A stretch of DNA of 62,092 nucleotides, counting the filler. It is 7 parts of 7 records of this genome, joined end to end, with 100 filler letters (N's around TTAATTAATTAA, not from the genome) between each part and the next. Parts side by side here need not be neighbours in the genome. Positions count along the whole stretch, not along the records: positions 13,822 to 24,646 come from SRR31156797_31839; positions 24,747 to 37,572 come from SRR31156797_31843; 5 more parts are not named here. One strand, given 5' to 3'. The translations under genes and the position numbers were made by a program. How positions within the stretch are numbered: position 1 is the stretch's first letter; each line of letters starts with the position of its first letter. Below, piece after piece: positions 21,772 through 31,964 of this stretch. The notes under the pieces were generated by a model. That model saw only the letters and a program-made list of their open reading frames with translations, did no database searches and was not told the DNA's origin.

Positions 21772-23127
21772 TCAACTATACACCCGCGGATCAGTCTCTT
21801 TGATGATCACGTTAACATTCTTTTTATTAAACCCTTTATATCCATCTCGACGTTGGATATTTTCCAGATGACTGCCGAGAACGCCCTGATGCAAAAACTG
21901 CTCTGCCTTTTCTTGGGTAATTCTTTTTTGATCCAGGAGATTTTTCACCCGCAAGGGGTCCACCTCCCACATTTCGCCTTTACTAAAAGATTGTTTCAGA
22001 TAATCAAAGTCACTAAAGGGTGCCATAAACGCTACCCCATATTGCTGCACATCCTGAACAAGATTTCCAAAAAGACTCTCTACTGCAAGGTGATGCATCC
22101 CCGCCTTGAGGATCGAATCACCATGCAAAGCACACCACAAGCCCACCGTTCCCAGTTGGTCTCGCTCTTCCAATTGCTGGGTGGAGAAGTCGACACTCAC
22201 CTCCTCGGGGGCCAGATCAACATCGAGGAATAGAGACAGCCCGGCTGTACTGTTTTCCATCACCTGGGCACCCCATCCTGCTTCCTTACCTGCGTAAAAA
22301 CGCTCCCTTTTCGTAAAACCCAAACGGCTGAACAGTTCAACCAGCCTGGTGAAATATTTTCGTGAACTACGAAAGGTATGATGATCGTGGTTTGCCCATC
22401 CCATACCAAGGATGTCCTGCCGCATTTTCTGAATGCGAGCCGCATAATTTCTGGAAAGCCAGTAACGCCGCTCTCCTTCACAGACAATGTGGGCAGCCAT
22501 ATCCTGGCCAAAACTGCTTACAAGACTATCTGCAGCATCAAGAATTGCTGAAAATGCCTGCTTTTCATCGGCTAATCCGCGGGGAATAAGCTGCCATTGT
22601 TCAATCCCGGCCAGGTATTGCTGCTGATACCCTTCTGCCAGCGATATTGGTTGCATTGCCCTGGTTGCCCTTCTTTCTACCGCATAAAGAGCGGTCTCAT
22701 TATCCAATGACACGCAACACTTCCGGAAAGAAGCCAAAGGGGAACCGTCAATAGCTCCATTAAACCCGTTGTACTGAATAAAATCTGCTATATTCTCGAC
22801 CCTCAGAGCCACCCCTGGATGATGGTGAGATAAGCTGGAAGAAAGAACCACCGCCGGCAGCATGACACCAGGGCATACATAACTGGATACGTTTTCATGC
22901 CCTTCCAGAACAAACCCCATTTCAGTCAGTTTGGTACGGGTATGAAGAGAATTCTCAACTACAAAATGATCAATCCAGTCAAACAGACGGGTACTGGTTA
23001 TTGCCTTTAACTTTGCTTCCAGCCTTGCAATAACGATATTTTTTTTTCGGAAATTCTCCAGCAACTGAAGGAGAAAGGACTCAATTTCCGGCTCCTGCTG
23101 CCAATCAAACTGTTGTTGTGCTCCCAT
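21772..23127 (-). CDS. Uncharacterised VOC-fold protein resembling HPPD / DUF1338 (HglS) Fe(II) dioxygenases
   Basis: NHDHHTFRS, GMHHLAV, LKQSFS and HLENIQRRDGYKGF suggest a 2-His-1-Glu triad; lies directly downstream of lat. Confidence 0.6.
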   Translation of the reverse strand: MGAQQQFDWQQEPEIESFLLQLLENFRKKNIVIARLEAKLKAITSTRLFDWIDHFVVENSLHTRTKLTEMGFVLEGHENVSSYVCPGVMLPAVVLSSSLSHHHPGVALRVENIADFIQYNGFNGAIDGSPLASFRKCCVSLDNETALYAVERRATRAMQPISLAEGYQQQYLAGIEQWQLIPRGLADEKQAFSAILDAADSLVSSFGQDMAAHIVCEGERRYWLSRNYAARIQKMRQDILGMGWANHDHHTFRSSRKYFTRLVELFSRLGFTKRERFYAGKEAGWGAQVMENSTAGLSLFLDVDLAPEEVSVDFSTQQLEERDQLGTVGLWCALHGDSILKAGMHHLAVESLFGNLVQDVQQYGVAFMAPFSDFDYLKQSFSKGEMWEVDPLRVKNLLDQKRITQEKAEQFLHQGVLGSHLENIQRRDGYKGFNKKNVNVIIKETDPRVYS

Positions 23128-23191
23128 GGTTACCCTCAGCTTAAAGTCTTAGGATACAGGTCATTAATCAGCAATTCCCGAAAGCAATGCA

Positions 23192-24511
23192 TTAATGATA
23201 TTGTATTTTGCTCAGTATGTTGCGGAGAATACCTATTACCTGTTGAATTTCATTATTGTTAACAATCAAATGGGGCCGAAAACGGACGGTTTTTTCTCCG
23301 GCGCCCAGCAGAAGTACTCTATGCCTGAACAGCTCACTCAACAACCGATTTCTTGTCTGCTCTTCAGGTAAGTCAAAGGCGCACATCAGCCCCCTTCCAC
23401 GAGCACCGGTTACCATATGCGGAAAATCCTGGGCAAGCTTTTCCAATTCGCTCAAGAGCAACTTCCCCTGTCGGCGACTGTTGTCCACCAAGTTCTCTTC
23501 CTCAATAATACGCAGAATATGGGTGCACCTTGCCATATCAACTAGATTACCGCCAAAAGTGGAATTAATTCGACTGGATTCCTGAAAGACATTGTTTTCT
23601 ACCTGATCAATACGACGTGAGCCAATGATTCCACAAACCTGTGTTTTTTTCCCAAAACAGAGGATGTCCGGTCTCACGTTAAAATGCTCGTGAGCCCAAA
23701 ATTTACCGGTCAACCCTACTCCGCTCTGCACCTCATCCATGATATAGAGGATATCGTGCTGATCACAGACCTGTCGAAGCTGCTGCAGGAATTGTGGCCG
23801 GAAATGATTATCTCCACCTTCTCCCTGTATCGGTTCAATGATAAGTCCGGCAATATCGTCTCCTTCCGCAGCAATCACGTCGTTTATCTGTTGGATCGCC
23901 ATCCCTTCCAGCTCAGCGACCTGTTCCAGACTTTCTTGATTTAGGGGAAAGGTGATTTTCGGATTGATAATACGAGGCCACTGCAGGGAAGGAAAAAACT
24001 TTGTTTTCCGGGTATCAAAAGTATTGGTTAGGGAAAGAGTGTATCCGGATCGCCCATGAAAGGCCTGTTGAAAATGGATAATTTTACTCCCTTTCTGCTC
24101 TTTGGATCCCTTTTCAAAATTCTTGCGCACCTTCCAGTCAAAGGCTGTTTTTAGGGCGTTTTCAACTGCCAGAGCACCGCCTTCAATAAAAAACGCATGG
24201 GGAAGAGCAGCAGGCATGGCCAGCCTGGAAAAAGTAGCGACAAATTCGGCAAAGGTTTCAGTATAAACATCTGAACAAGAAGGCTTCTGAATTACAAGTT
24301 TTGCCAGTTGTTCCTTAACTGCCAACAATCGGGGATGATTGTATCCTACTGCCATGGAGGCATACATGGAAAAGAAATCAAGGAAGCGATCACCACTGAG
24401 TTTATCAACCAGATAGGAGCCACTGGAGTTTTCCAGATCCATGACCAACTCTAGCCCGTCTGCCAACATGTGGTTAGCAAGTACTGTTTTCACTTCATGG
24501 GGTTGCAGCAT
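23192..24511 (-). CDS. lat: L-lysine 6-aminotransferase
   Basis: GGALAVENALKTAFDWK, FHGRSGY, EPIQGEGGD, DEVQ, FGKKTQ and SRINSTFGG motifs; GAGGAGG before ATG at 24511. Confidence 0.95.
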   Translation of the reverse strand: MLQPHEVKTVLANHMLADGLELVMDLENSSGSYLVDKLSGDRFLDFFSMYASMAVGYNHPRLLAVKEQLAKLVIQKPSCSDVYTETFAEFVATFSRLAMPAALPHAFFIEGGALAVENALKTAFDWKVRKNFEKGSKEQKGSKIIHFQQAFHGRSGYTLSLTNTFDTRKTKFFPSLQWPRIINPKITFPLNQESLEQVAELEGMAIQQINDVIAAEGDDIAGLIIEPIQGEGGDNHFRPQFLQQLRQVCDQHDILYIMDEVQSGVGLTGKFWAHEHFNVRPDILCFGKKTQVCGIIGSRRIDQVENNVFQESSRINSTFGGNLVDMARCTHILRIIEEENLVDNSRRQGKLLLSELEKLAQDFPHMVTGARGRGLMCAFDLPEEQTRNRLLSELFRHRVLLLGAGEKTVRFRPHLIVNNNEIQQVIGILRNILSKIQYH

Positions 24512-24646
24512 CTCTCTCCTCCTCAAGTAACCAGAATCGCTTTTTCTCTCCCTTTTTAGCCCGAGTTTATCATCAGTGAAGACTTTAGCAGATCGAGGCG
24601 CAGGTCACGCCGCTGGAGTAAGCTACCGCAAATGGCCTGCAACAAA

Positions 24647-24746
24647 NNNNNNNNNNNNNNNNNNNNNNNNNNNNNNNNNNNNNNNNNNNNTTAATTAATT
24701 AANNNNNNNNNNNNNNNNNNNNNNNNNNNNNNNNNNNNNNNNNNNN
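24647..24746. other. Artificial contig spacer
   Basis: N-run with TTAATTAATTAA. Confidence 0.98.
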
Positions 24747-25145
24747 GCCATTGATATCTGTTCAGTTCAAAATAACACGATACTCCACAGGGAAATGACT
24801 CCCTTCTACAAGGAGAATACGAAGAACACACCAATGGACTGGGACAGGTCAACAATTTACCAGGTATACTGGTCAGAGGATGGCAGCTGCATCATTTATG
24901 ATACACTTGGTGCGGATATTGACGGCGGAACCTATCCATCATACGTTGTTACTACAAAACTCAATATTGATTATACTGAGCTCAGAAGACTAAATGGAGA
25001 TGATGTCTCTGAAGAAGAATTGGCCGATGGTTCAGAAACACCTGAAAAAAGTCCTGTTCAGAATGACCTGATGGCAATTCCAGGATTTGAAAGCACAGGC
25101 GCAGCAATAGCCCTGATACTTGGGAGAAAAATAAAGCAAAAATAA
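24747..25145 (+). CDS. C-terminal fragment of an archaeal surface protein with a PGF-CTERM-like tail
   Basis: Frame open from contig start; ends IPGFESTGAAIALILGRKIKQK. Confidence 0.65.
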   Translation, partial: AIDICSVQNNTILHREMTPFYKENTKNTPMDWDRSTIYQVYWSEDGSCIIYDTLGADIDGGTYPSYVVTTKLNIDYTELRRLNGDDVSEEELADGSETPEKSPVQNDLMAIPGFESTGAAIALILGRKIKQK

Positions 25146-25155
25146 ACTAGAATGG

Positions 25156-26217
25156 TTATCCCATAGCCATTTCCAGCAGGTCGATAACATCCAGTACCTC
25201 AACCCTGGAGCCGCCACGTTTAAGATTTGTACGGCACAGTGGGCATGCGGTTACCAGATAGTCAACATCCTTAGGGACTTCTTCGATTCTGTTCTTTGAA
25301 AGTTCAAGTGAGAGTTCAGGATAGCCCTTGAGGACTCCTCCCCCTGCTCCACAACATTTTGACTTTTCCCTGTTGCTCTTCATTTCCTCAAGATAGCAAA
25401 TAGACTTGATTATCTTTCTGGGAGCATCAAAGACACCGTTGCACCTACCAAGGTGACATGGATCATGGTATGTTACTTTCAAGCCCAGTTTCTTCAGGTT
25501 CATCTCATCAAGACGGTCTGCAAGGAACTCGGTAGCATGTACAACCTTGATGTTGTCAGGATAATCATTCTTCAGCGTAGTGAAACAGCCTGCACAACCT
25601 GTAATTACAGTGTGTGCACCTGTCTTGCTGATTTGTTCCATATTCTTGGACATCAATTCGGATGCATCTGAACCTGTTCTCAGCAGAGGAGAACCACAGC
25701 ATACTTCTTCCTTTAATGCAGTCACACCGAATCTCTTCAGTATATCAAATGTCTTTTTCGTAATCTCAGGATACCTGTAGGAAGCAAGACATCCTGCAAA
25801 GAACACGTAATCTGCTTTCTCAGGCAGTTCATCCTTAGAGTCACCAAGCCAGGACAATCGGTCCTTTTCCTCGCCAAGCGGATTGCCCTTTTCAAGAGCA
25901 TCGGCGCGAATGAGTTTCTGGGCATCTGTCATCTTGCCCTGAAGTACGAGCTGATGCCTGACATCCTCTATAACCTTCACAGGAGATGCACCGGACGGAC
26001 ACATCTGTTCACACAGTCCGCATGTGGTACAGGTGTTGATGCTATCAAAGACACCCTCATCTACTTCCAGGCCCTGGGCAATACCATGGGCAACAAGCAT
26101 ACGTCCCCTGGAACTGGCTGATTCCCAGCCAACAATATCAAATACAGGACATACTGAGCGACATGTTCCGCAGCGGACACATTTAAGAATTGAACGCATA
26201 TCTGATTCGTTCATCAT
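25156..26217 (-). CDS. Fe-S oxidoreductase (GlcF/HdrD-like; two 4Fe-4S motifs plus CCG domains)
   Basis: CVRCGTCRSVCP, CTTCGLCEQMCP, two CCG and YHDPCHL motifs. Confidence 0.92.
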   Translation of the reverse strand: MMNESDMRSILKCVRCGTCRSVCPVFDIVGWESASSRGRMLVAHGIAQGLEVDEGVFDSINTCTTCGLCEQMCPSGASPVKVIEDVRHQLVLQGKMTDAQKLIRADALEKGNPLGEEKDRLSWLGDSKDELPEKADYVFFAGCLASYRYPEITKKTFDILKRFGVTALKEEVCCGSPLLRTGSDASELMSKNMEQISKTGAHTVITGCAGCFTTLKNDYPDNIKVVHATEFLADRLDEMNLKKLGLKVTYHDPCHLGRCNGVFDAPRKIIKSICYLEEMKSNREKSKCCGAGGGVLKGYPELSLELSKNRIEEVPKDVDYLVTACPLCRTNLKRGGSRVEVLDVIDLLEMAMG

Positions 26218-26220
26218 TTT

Positions 26221-27603
26221 TCAGACCCCCATCTTCCCTGGATTGAGTATTCCCTTGGGGTCAAGTGCTTTCTTTATCAGGATCATTACATCAAGGCCCT
26301 TCCCAAGTTCAAGTTCAAGATACTCTGCCCTGGCACTGCCTACTCCGTGCTCGGCTGTAACGGTTCCGCCAACACTGATAGCTGTACGGTGAATCTTATC
26401 TGCAGCCTGGGTCAGTTTTTCCCATTCCTCGTCGCTGAGAACATCAATGCACATCCCTGTATGGAGGTTGCCGTCACCAATGTGGCCGTAAGTCATGATA
26501 GGCAGGTCAAACTCCTTTGATATTTCACCGACCTTGTGCAGCATTCCCGGCAGTTCCTTAATGGGGACACCAACATCCTCACCCACGTAAACACGGGTGC
26601 GGAGAGGATCAAGCCTTGAGACAGCAGCACCGACAAGTCTTCTTGCAGCCCATATCTCATCCCTTTCTTTCTTATCTGAGGCTGCCCTGATGCTTGTTGC
26701 AAGGTTGCTGCAGGTATCCTTTATCATCTCTATGCCTTCACGGACAGTATCCTCTGTACCGTCAACCTCGAACATCAGGATTGCACCGGCTTTTGGAAGA
26801 CCGATGTGAGGATCATAGGTGTTGATGGCTTCTATAATGTTCCTGTCAAGAATTTCACATGCTGAAGGTATGATCCCCGAAGACAGGACCTTTACCACTG
26901 CCTCTCCTGCATGCTCCGGATCATCAAAAGAAGCGAGTAGTACGGAGCGCTCTTTTGGAAGCGCCCTTACCTTCAATATGGCCTTTGTAATTATACCAAG
27001 GGTTCCTTCAGAACCCACGAAAAGATCAGTCAGTGAATAGCCTGCTACAGATTTTGTTACCTTGGTACCTGTATTAATCACAGTGCAGTCCGCCATAACG
27101 ACCTCAAGACCGAGCACGTAGTCCCTTGTAGTACCATATTTCACAGATCGCATTCCACTTCCATCGTTAGCGATAAGTCCGCCCAGGGTGCACATTGCGG
27201 AACTTCCCGGGTCAGGTGGGAAGAAGAAACCATATGGTTCAAGTGCATCATTCAGCTTTTCCTGGACTATTCCAGGTTCGATTGTGACCTGAAGATTGTC
27301 AAGGTCCATTTCAAGTATCCTGTTCATGGATGACATGTCAAGTACAATGCCACCTTCTACTGGCACGGCTCCGCCGGCCAGCCCGGTACCTGCGCCTCTT
27401 GCAGTCACAGGAATCTCTTTTTCGTTTGCAAGACTGACTACCTTTGATATCTGTTCAGTACTTGTCGGCCTGACAACAAAATCAGGCATGCCTCTTACCT
27501 GGGAGGCGTCACATGAATAACAATAAAGCTCAGCAGCTGACGCGGAAACTTTGTCATTTCCCACGATATTCTGTAGCTTTTTAAGTAAATCGGATTTTTG
27601 CAT
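26221..27603 (-). CDS. FAD-linked oxidoreductase, GlcD/D-lactate dehydrogenase-like
   Basis: RGAGTGLAGG, PPDP, GSEGTLG, GHIGDGNLH, AEHGVG and LNPGK motifs. Confidence 0.93.
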   Translation of the reverse strand: MQKSDLLKKLQNIVGNDKVSASAAELYCYSCDASQVRGMPDFVVRPTSTEQISKVVSLANEKEIPVTARGAGTGLAGGAVPVEGGIVLDMSSMNRILEMDLDNLQVTIEPGIVQEKLNDALEPYGFFFPPDPGSSAMCTLGGLIANDGSGMRSVKYGTTRDYVLGLEVVMADCTVINTGTKVTKSVAGYSLTDLFVGSEGTLGIITKAILKVRALPKERSVLLASFDDPEHAGEAVVKVLSSGIIPSACEILDRNIIEAINTYDPHIGLPKAGAILMFEVDGTEDTVREGIEMIKDTCSNLATSIRAASDKKERDEIWAARRLVGAAVSRLDPLRTRVYVGEDVGVPIKELPGMLHKVGEISKEFDLPIMTYGHIGDGNLHTGMCIDVLSDEEWEKLTQAADKIHRTAISVGGTVTAEHGVGSARAEYLELELGKGLDVMILIKKALDPKGILNPGKMGV

Positions 27604-27688
27604 GGAATCGTTTTTTAAGTGGGATAGGATAATTTATATCTTTTGGTGAAAGCAAACATTTACATCTAACTACAACTATTAAGCAGCA

Positions 27689-29530
27689 ATGACACGATAC
27701 TTTGAGGTAGAACAGCGAGACGGCGCTGCAAGGATAGGAAAATTCATGCTGAAAGAGACTATCCGGACCCCACATATTATAGATACAAGAAGCCTTAGCT
27801 CCCCTGAAAGCATTATAATTGACAGCGGTTCACTCTGGAAATATGCCAGTATGCAGGAAGCAGAGAACAATCTGAATGAACTCAGGGAAAAAGCAGGCGA
27901 TGATACCTTAATAATACTTCCTCATCAGGATCTTAGCCCGGATGCCCCCCATGACCTTGCACTAAAACTTGCTTCAAGATCGGAGCTTATAACAAGCGGA
28001 TCCACTGGAATCACCTTCATCAGCGGCCAGGAAGCAAAGGCTCATGACATGTACATTATGGCAGGAGCCGGTTGCTTTGAGAATAACGCAAGACGTTTTC
28101 TCAAAATACTCATTGAGCTGAAAGATGCAATCGCACCTGATACAGCCATATACGCACCTAATATAGGTACTCCTGAAAACCTTGCAATGCTGGTATATCT
28201 TGGAATTGATATTTTTGATAATACTAAGGCCATAGTTGCAGCACACAACGATATATATCTTACAAGTGCCGGGCAATTCTACCTGGACTCACTTGCAGAA
28301 CTGCCATGCAGATGCAGCGCATGTGCCTCAACAGATGCAAAAAGCCTCATGGACATGGATAAAAAGAATCGTGCTGCTATTCTGGAGCAACACAACATCA
28401 GTGCAATGGAAGCTGAAGCTGCCCTTGTCAGGGAAAAGATTCGCCGTGGAATGCTGCGGGAGTATATAGAAGGACAATGCAGGGTAAACACATGGCTCAC
28501 TGCACTGCTAAGACTTGCAGATGCGGAGTATAATTACATGGAAAGCAAAAGTCCTGTTGCAAGGAACAATTCACTTATTGCAACCTGTGGAGAATCACAG
28601 AACAGAGTTGAAATCGTCAGGTTTGCAAAAAGACTTCAGGAAAGATACACTCCACCGGAGACCGACATACTTCTGCTCTTGCCATGCTCTGCCAGGAAAC
28701 CATATTCAACATCAAATTCCCACTGGAAATTTATCAATGCACTTAGAAAGAGCCGCAAGTTTGTACACGAAGTGATAATTACATCACCCCTTGGAATCGT
28801 ACCAAGGGAACTTGAACTTACATACCCTGCAGCACACTATGATACTACTGTGACCGGGCACTGGGATGCTGAAGAAAAGCAATGGGTAGCTTCCTGTCTT
28901 GAAAATTACCTGTCCCAACATCAATATACTTCAATCGTTGCACATGTTGAGGATGCATACCGGGAAATCTGTGAAATAGTTGCAGGGAAACTTGGAATAG
29001 ATATAATATATACAAGCCTTGGAAATGTGACATCACAGGATTCACTGAAGAATCTTGGCGAGACAGTGTCAAAGCTCTGCAGCGGAAGAAAGCGCAGCCA
29101 TGAACAAACACAAAAAGACCTTATGAAAGCAGTTGCAGATTACCAGTTTGGAAAAGGGTCGGGAAAGATACTTGTTCCGCAAGATTCAATAATCAAAGGA
29201 CCTTTCCCAAAACATCAGGTCTTTGTTGGCAAAAAGCAACTCATTACGCTGATCCCCCAATATGGAACCCTGGCGATTACCGTAGAAGGAGCAAAAGCCA
29301 TGATGGATCAGAACAGATATATGGTGACAATTGATGATTTTGTTCCACGCGGTTCCCTTCTGGCACCCGGAGTAATGGACGCTGACCCCTTGATAAGACC
29401 TAACGACGAAGTGATTATCTGTGGAGAAAAAGCAATCGCTGTTGGCAGGGCAAACATGAACGGTGAGGAGATGAAAAAATCAAACCGTGGTGTTGCAGTG
29501 GACCTGCGTCACGTTAAAAAGACAGAATGA
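27689..29530 (+). CDS. arcS: Archaeosine synthase subunit alpha (TGT-like + PUA)
   Basis: RDGAARIG, PCRCSAC, LLPCSARKPYS and TSPLG motifs; C-terminal PUA domain. Confidence 0.9.
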   Translation: MTRYFEVEQRDGAARIGKFMLKETIRTPHIIDTRSLSSPESIIIDSGSLWKYASMQEAENNLNELREKAGDDTLIILPHQDLSPDAPHDLALKLASRSELITSGSTGITFISGQEAKAHDMYIMAGAGCFENNARRFLKILIELKDAIAPDTAIYAPNIGTPENLAMLVYLGIDIFDNTKAIVAAHNDIYLTSAGQFYLDSLAELPCRCSACASTDAKSLMDMDKKNRAAILEQHNISAMEAEAALVREKIRRGMLREYIEGQCRVNTWLTALLRLADAEYNYMESKSPVARNNSLIATCGESQNRVEIVRFAKRLQERYTPPETDILLLLPCSARKPYSTSNSHWKFINALRKSRKFVHEVIITSPLGIVPRELELTYPAAHYDTTVTGHWDAEEKQWVASCLENYLSQHQYTSIVAHVEDAYREICEIVAGKLGIDIIYTSLGNVTSQDSLKNLGETVSKLCSGRKRSHEQTQKDLMKAVADYQFGKGSGKILVPQDSIIKGPFPKHQVFVGKKQLITLIPQYGTLAITVEGAKAMMDQNRYMVTIDDFVPRGSLLAPGVMDADPLIRPNDEVIICGEKAIAVGRANMNGEEMKKSNRGVAVDLRHVKKTE

Positions 29531-29551
29531 CAGAGACATTGTGGTTTTTAG

Positions 29552-30073
29552 ATGATAGTTATCAGGAACTTTGAACCCGCTGATTTTGAAGAGGTTCTGG
29601 AGATCGAGTCAGAAGCTTTTTCGGAGCACAATCCGTTTCTTTACATGAACTTTTATGAGATGAACAGTGAAGGGTTCCTTGTTGCTGAGTATGATAACTA
29701 TATAGTGGGCTTTGTTGTCGGGTATTGTCTTTCTTCAACTGAAGGAAGAATATTTTCACTTGCAGTGAGAAACGGATACCGAAGTCTGGGTATTGGAAGC
29801 AGACTGATAAATAGTATTCTGGCCGTATTTATGTGTAAATTCCTGCAATATGCAAGCCTTGAGGTAAGAATAAGCAATGTAAGAGCCCAGGAATTTTATA
29901 AGAGGATGGATTTTGTACCGTGCTGGGTAGAGCATGGTTACTACTCTGACGGTGAGGACGGAATTATAATGAAAAAGCGTTTAACTCCGTTTGCGCCTTC
30001 TTTCCTGGAAAACAAAAACAGGTATGTTTTGCCAGGAAAGAAAGATGTTTTTAGATTTCTCGACAGAATCTAA
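29552..30073 (+). CDS. rimI: RimI/Ard1 N-terminal acetyltransferase
   Basis: LEVRISN, AQEFY and YYSDGEDG motifs. Confidence 0.9.
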   Translation: MIVIRNFEPADFEEVLEIESEAFSEHNPFLYMNFYEMNSEGFLVAEYDNYIVGFVVGYCLSSTEGRIFSLAVRNGYRSLGIGSRLINSILAVFMCKFLQYASLEVRISNVRAQEFYKRMDFVPCWVEHGYYSDGEDGIIMKKRLTPFAPSFLENKNRYVLPGKKDVFRFLDRI

Positions 30074-30354
30074 TTCGAATGTGCAATCTGTTCACTTGCA
30101 CGCGCAGCAAGTTCGTGCATTCTTGCAGAAGTTCGGCCCATTCCGGATATATCATCATGAGACAATGCTGATGCAATATCGTTCCCAAGAACGAATATAG
30201 CCCGTTTGTGTTCAGCCTTGCTTCTGTGAACATGTAAAGGACTTATTGAAAGCGAATCGTACTCGCCAAATGTATTTTCAATTCCCATCTGTTCAAACTG
30301 CTTCTTGATTTGCGCCATCAATGTGTGCAACTGAATTAATTCGTCTTTATGCAT
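30070..30354 (-). CDS. UPF0058 family protein
   Basis: MHKDELIQLH and ISPLHVHRSKAEHK motifs. Confidence 0.88.
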   Translation of the reverse strand: MHKDELIQLHTLMAQIKKQFEQMGIENTFGEYDSLSISPLHVHRSKAEHKRAIFVLGNDIASALSHDDISGMGRTSARMHELAARASEQIAHSN

Positions 30355-30598
30355 ACCAACCAACCTATGTGTAATTTATATTATCAACTGTTCTTTTGTG
30401 CACTGTTTAAATTAATGCACTACACATAGTTGGCAAATTTCCTATTAAAGATGTTTCCCTAGGAAAGCAATTCCGTATGATCAATATATAAATTTTTCTC
30501 TTTAACCTCAATGATTAATCATTAAAGAATGGGCAAAAATAACCAAACTATTCAAAATTGGACCAATAATAATTTAACAGGAAACTAAAAATATAATT

Positions 30599-30619
30599 GC
30601 TGTGCGCAAGTGCACAGCA
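30599..30619. terminator. Hairpin just downstream of dnaG
   Basis: GCTGTGC-gcaagt-GCACAGC. Confidence 0.4.
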
Positions 30620-30626
30620 CATATAC

Positions 30627-31964
30627 TCATAAGGAACCAGCGGTCATGATTTTAACAGAAGCAGGCCTCTTGGTAACGCTTCCTACCTTTGCACCAATGA
30701 GACGCTCTATACCTTTATCTGCTGCAATATCAAGAATTCTCTGCGTAACCACGCCATCAAAAACAACCGTTTTGACCTCATCCTGATAATCCTTAAGAGT
30801 ACTGACAAGATCACGAACTGCGGTTTCATTGACAACATTATCCTTTCCATCAAGGAAACGGGCACTGAATGTACCTATCAGGTCAGTTGCATGTGACTTG
30901 AACCTCTTGTTCACAGGTGATGAAGGAACCTTTGCTTTTACAGCATTACGCGGCTCACCGGCAGGCTCAGCTGCAGGCACCTGTTTTCTTGAATCCCTTC
31001 CACGAGATGGTTCTCTGGAAGGTCTTTTTACCTGGGAAGAACTCACGCGCTTGATATCGCCTGCAGGCCTTCTTTCCTTGCGCTTCGGAACACGCGGAGA
31101 GCGTCCGTTATCAGCCTTAGCAGGCTGATCCTTCATAACATACTTATCAATTACCTGCTCAACAGGAACTTTCTGCCTGAGTGATCTTACAATCTCCTTC
31201 TGAACAAGGTCTTCAACACTCTTGCCATCAGGTGCCCTTGCAATGAAATCAATATTTGCAACCTGCACAAGTTCCTTGATTATAAGTTCACCTCCACGGT
31301 CGCCATCGGTGAAAGCTGTTACAGTATCTTTCTTCTTGGTAAGTTCTGCAACTTCAGGAGGAACATTGGTACCACCCACACAAATTGTGTTTTTGATACC
31401 GTACTTTAAAAGGTTAAGGACATCTGCACGGCCCTCAACAACAACAATTGCATCTGAATCAAATACAGCAGGACCGCATGGGATCTTGTTCTTCCCAAAG
31501 TACTGCATCTCCTCAACTCTTACGGACTGACGCACCTCATCAGCTATTTCCTGGGACTCCGGAAGGTTCTCATCGAACATACCCTTGAAGATGAACTTTG
31601 CCCTTTCGATAATCTGATGGCGCTTGGTAGCCCTTACATCCTCTATATGAGTAACCTCTATCTTTGCGCTGCATGGCCCAACCCTGTCAATGGTTTCAAG
31701 GGAAGCTGCAAGAATTGAAGTTTCGACTTTGTCAAGGCTTGATGGAATGAGGATAGTACCCTTGGTCTTACCACCTTTTGCGCTGACCACAACTTCGATC
31801 CTCCCTATCCTTCCCGTCTTCTGGAGGTCGCGAAGGTCAAGGTCAGATCCGAGCAATCCCTCAGTCTGGCCAAAGATCGCCCCTACTATATCAGGACGTT
31901 CAATTATTCCATCTGCGCTAATTTTTGAATGAATTATATATTTAGTAGTGTCTGCATTTTGCAT
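30627..31964 (-). CDS. dnaG: Archaeal DnaG (primase-like, exosome-associated)
   Basis: [20 protein letters not shown] and DGDRGG TOPRIM motifs. Confidence 0.97.
   Translation of the reverse strand: MQNADTTKYIIHSKISADGIIERPDIVGAIFGQTEGLLGSDLDLRDLQKTGRIGRIEVVVSAKGGKTKGTILIPSSLDKVETSILAASLETIDRVGPCSAKIEVTHIEDVRATKRHQIIERAKFIFKGMFDENLPESQEIADEVRQSVRVEEMQYFGKNKIPCGPAVFDSDAIVVVEGRADVLNLLKYGIKNTICVGGTNVPPEVAELTKKKDTVTAFTDGDRGGELIIKELVQVANIDFIARAPDGKSVEDLVQKEIVRSLRQKVPVEQVIDKYVMKDQPAKADNGRSPRVPKRKERRPAGDIKRVSSSQVKRPSREPSRGRDSRKQVPAAEPAGEPRNAVKAKVPSSPVNKRFKSHATDLIGTFSARFLDGKDNVVNETAVRDLVSTLKDYQDEVKTVVFDGVVTQRILDIAADKGIERLIGAKVGSVTKRPASVKIMTAGSL

Noticed and set aside
24512-24646. Possible lysine riboswitch upstream of lat
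   Set aside because: No recognisable L-box core; the region is truncated and may be the tail of an upstream gene.
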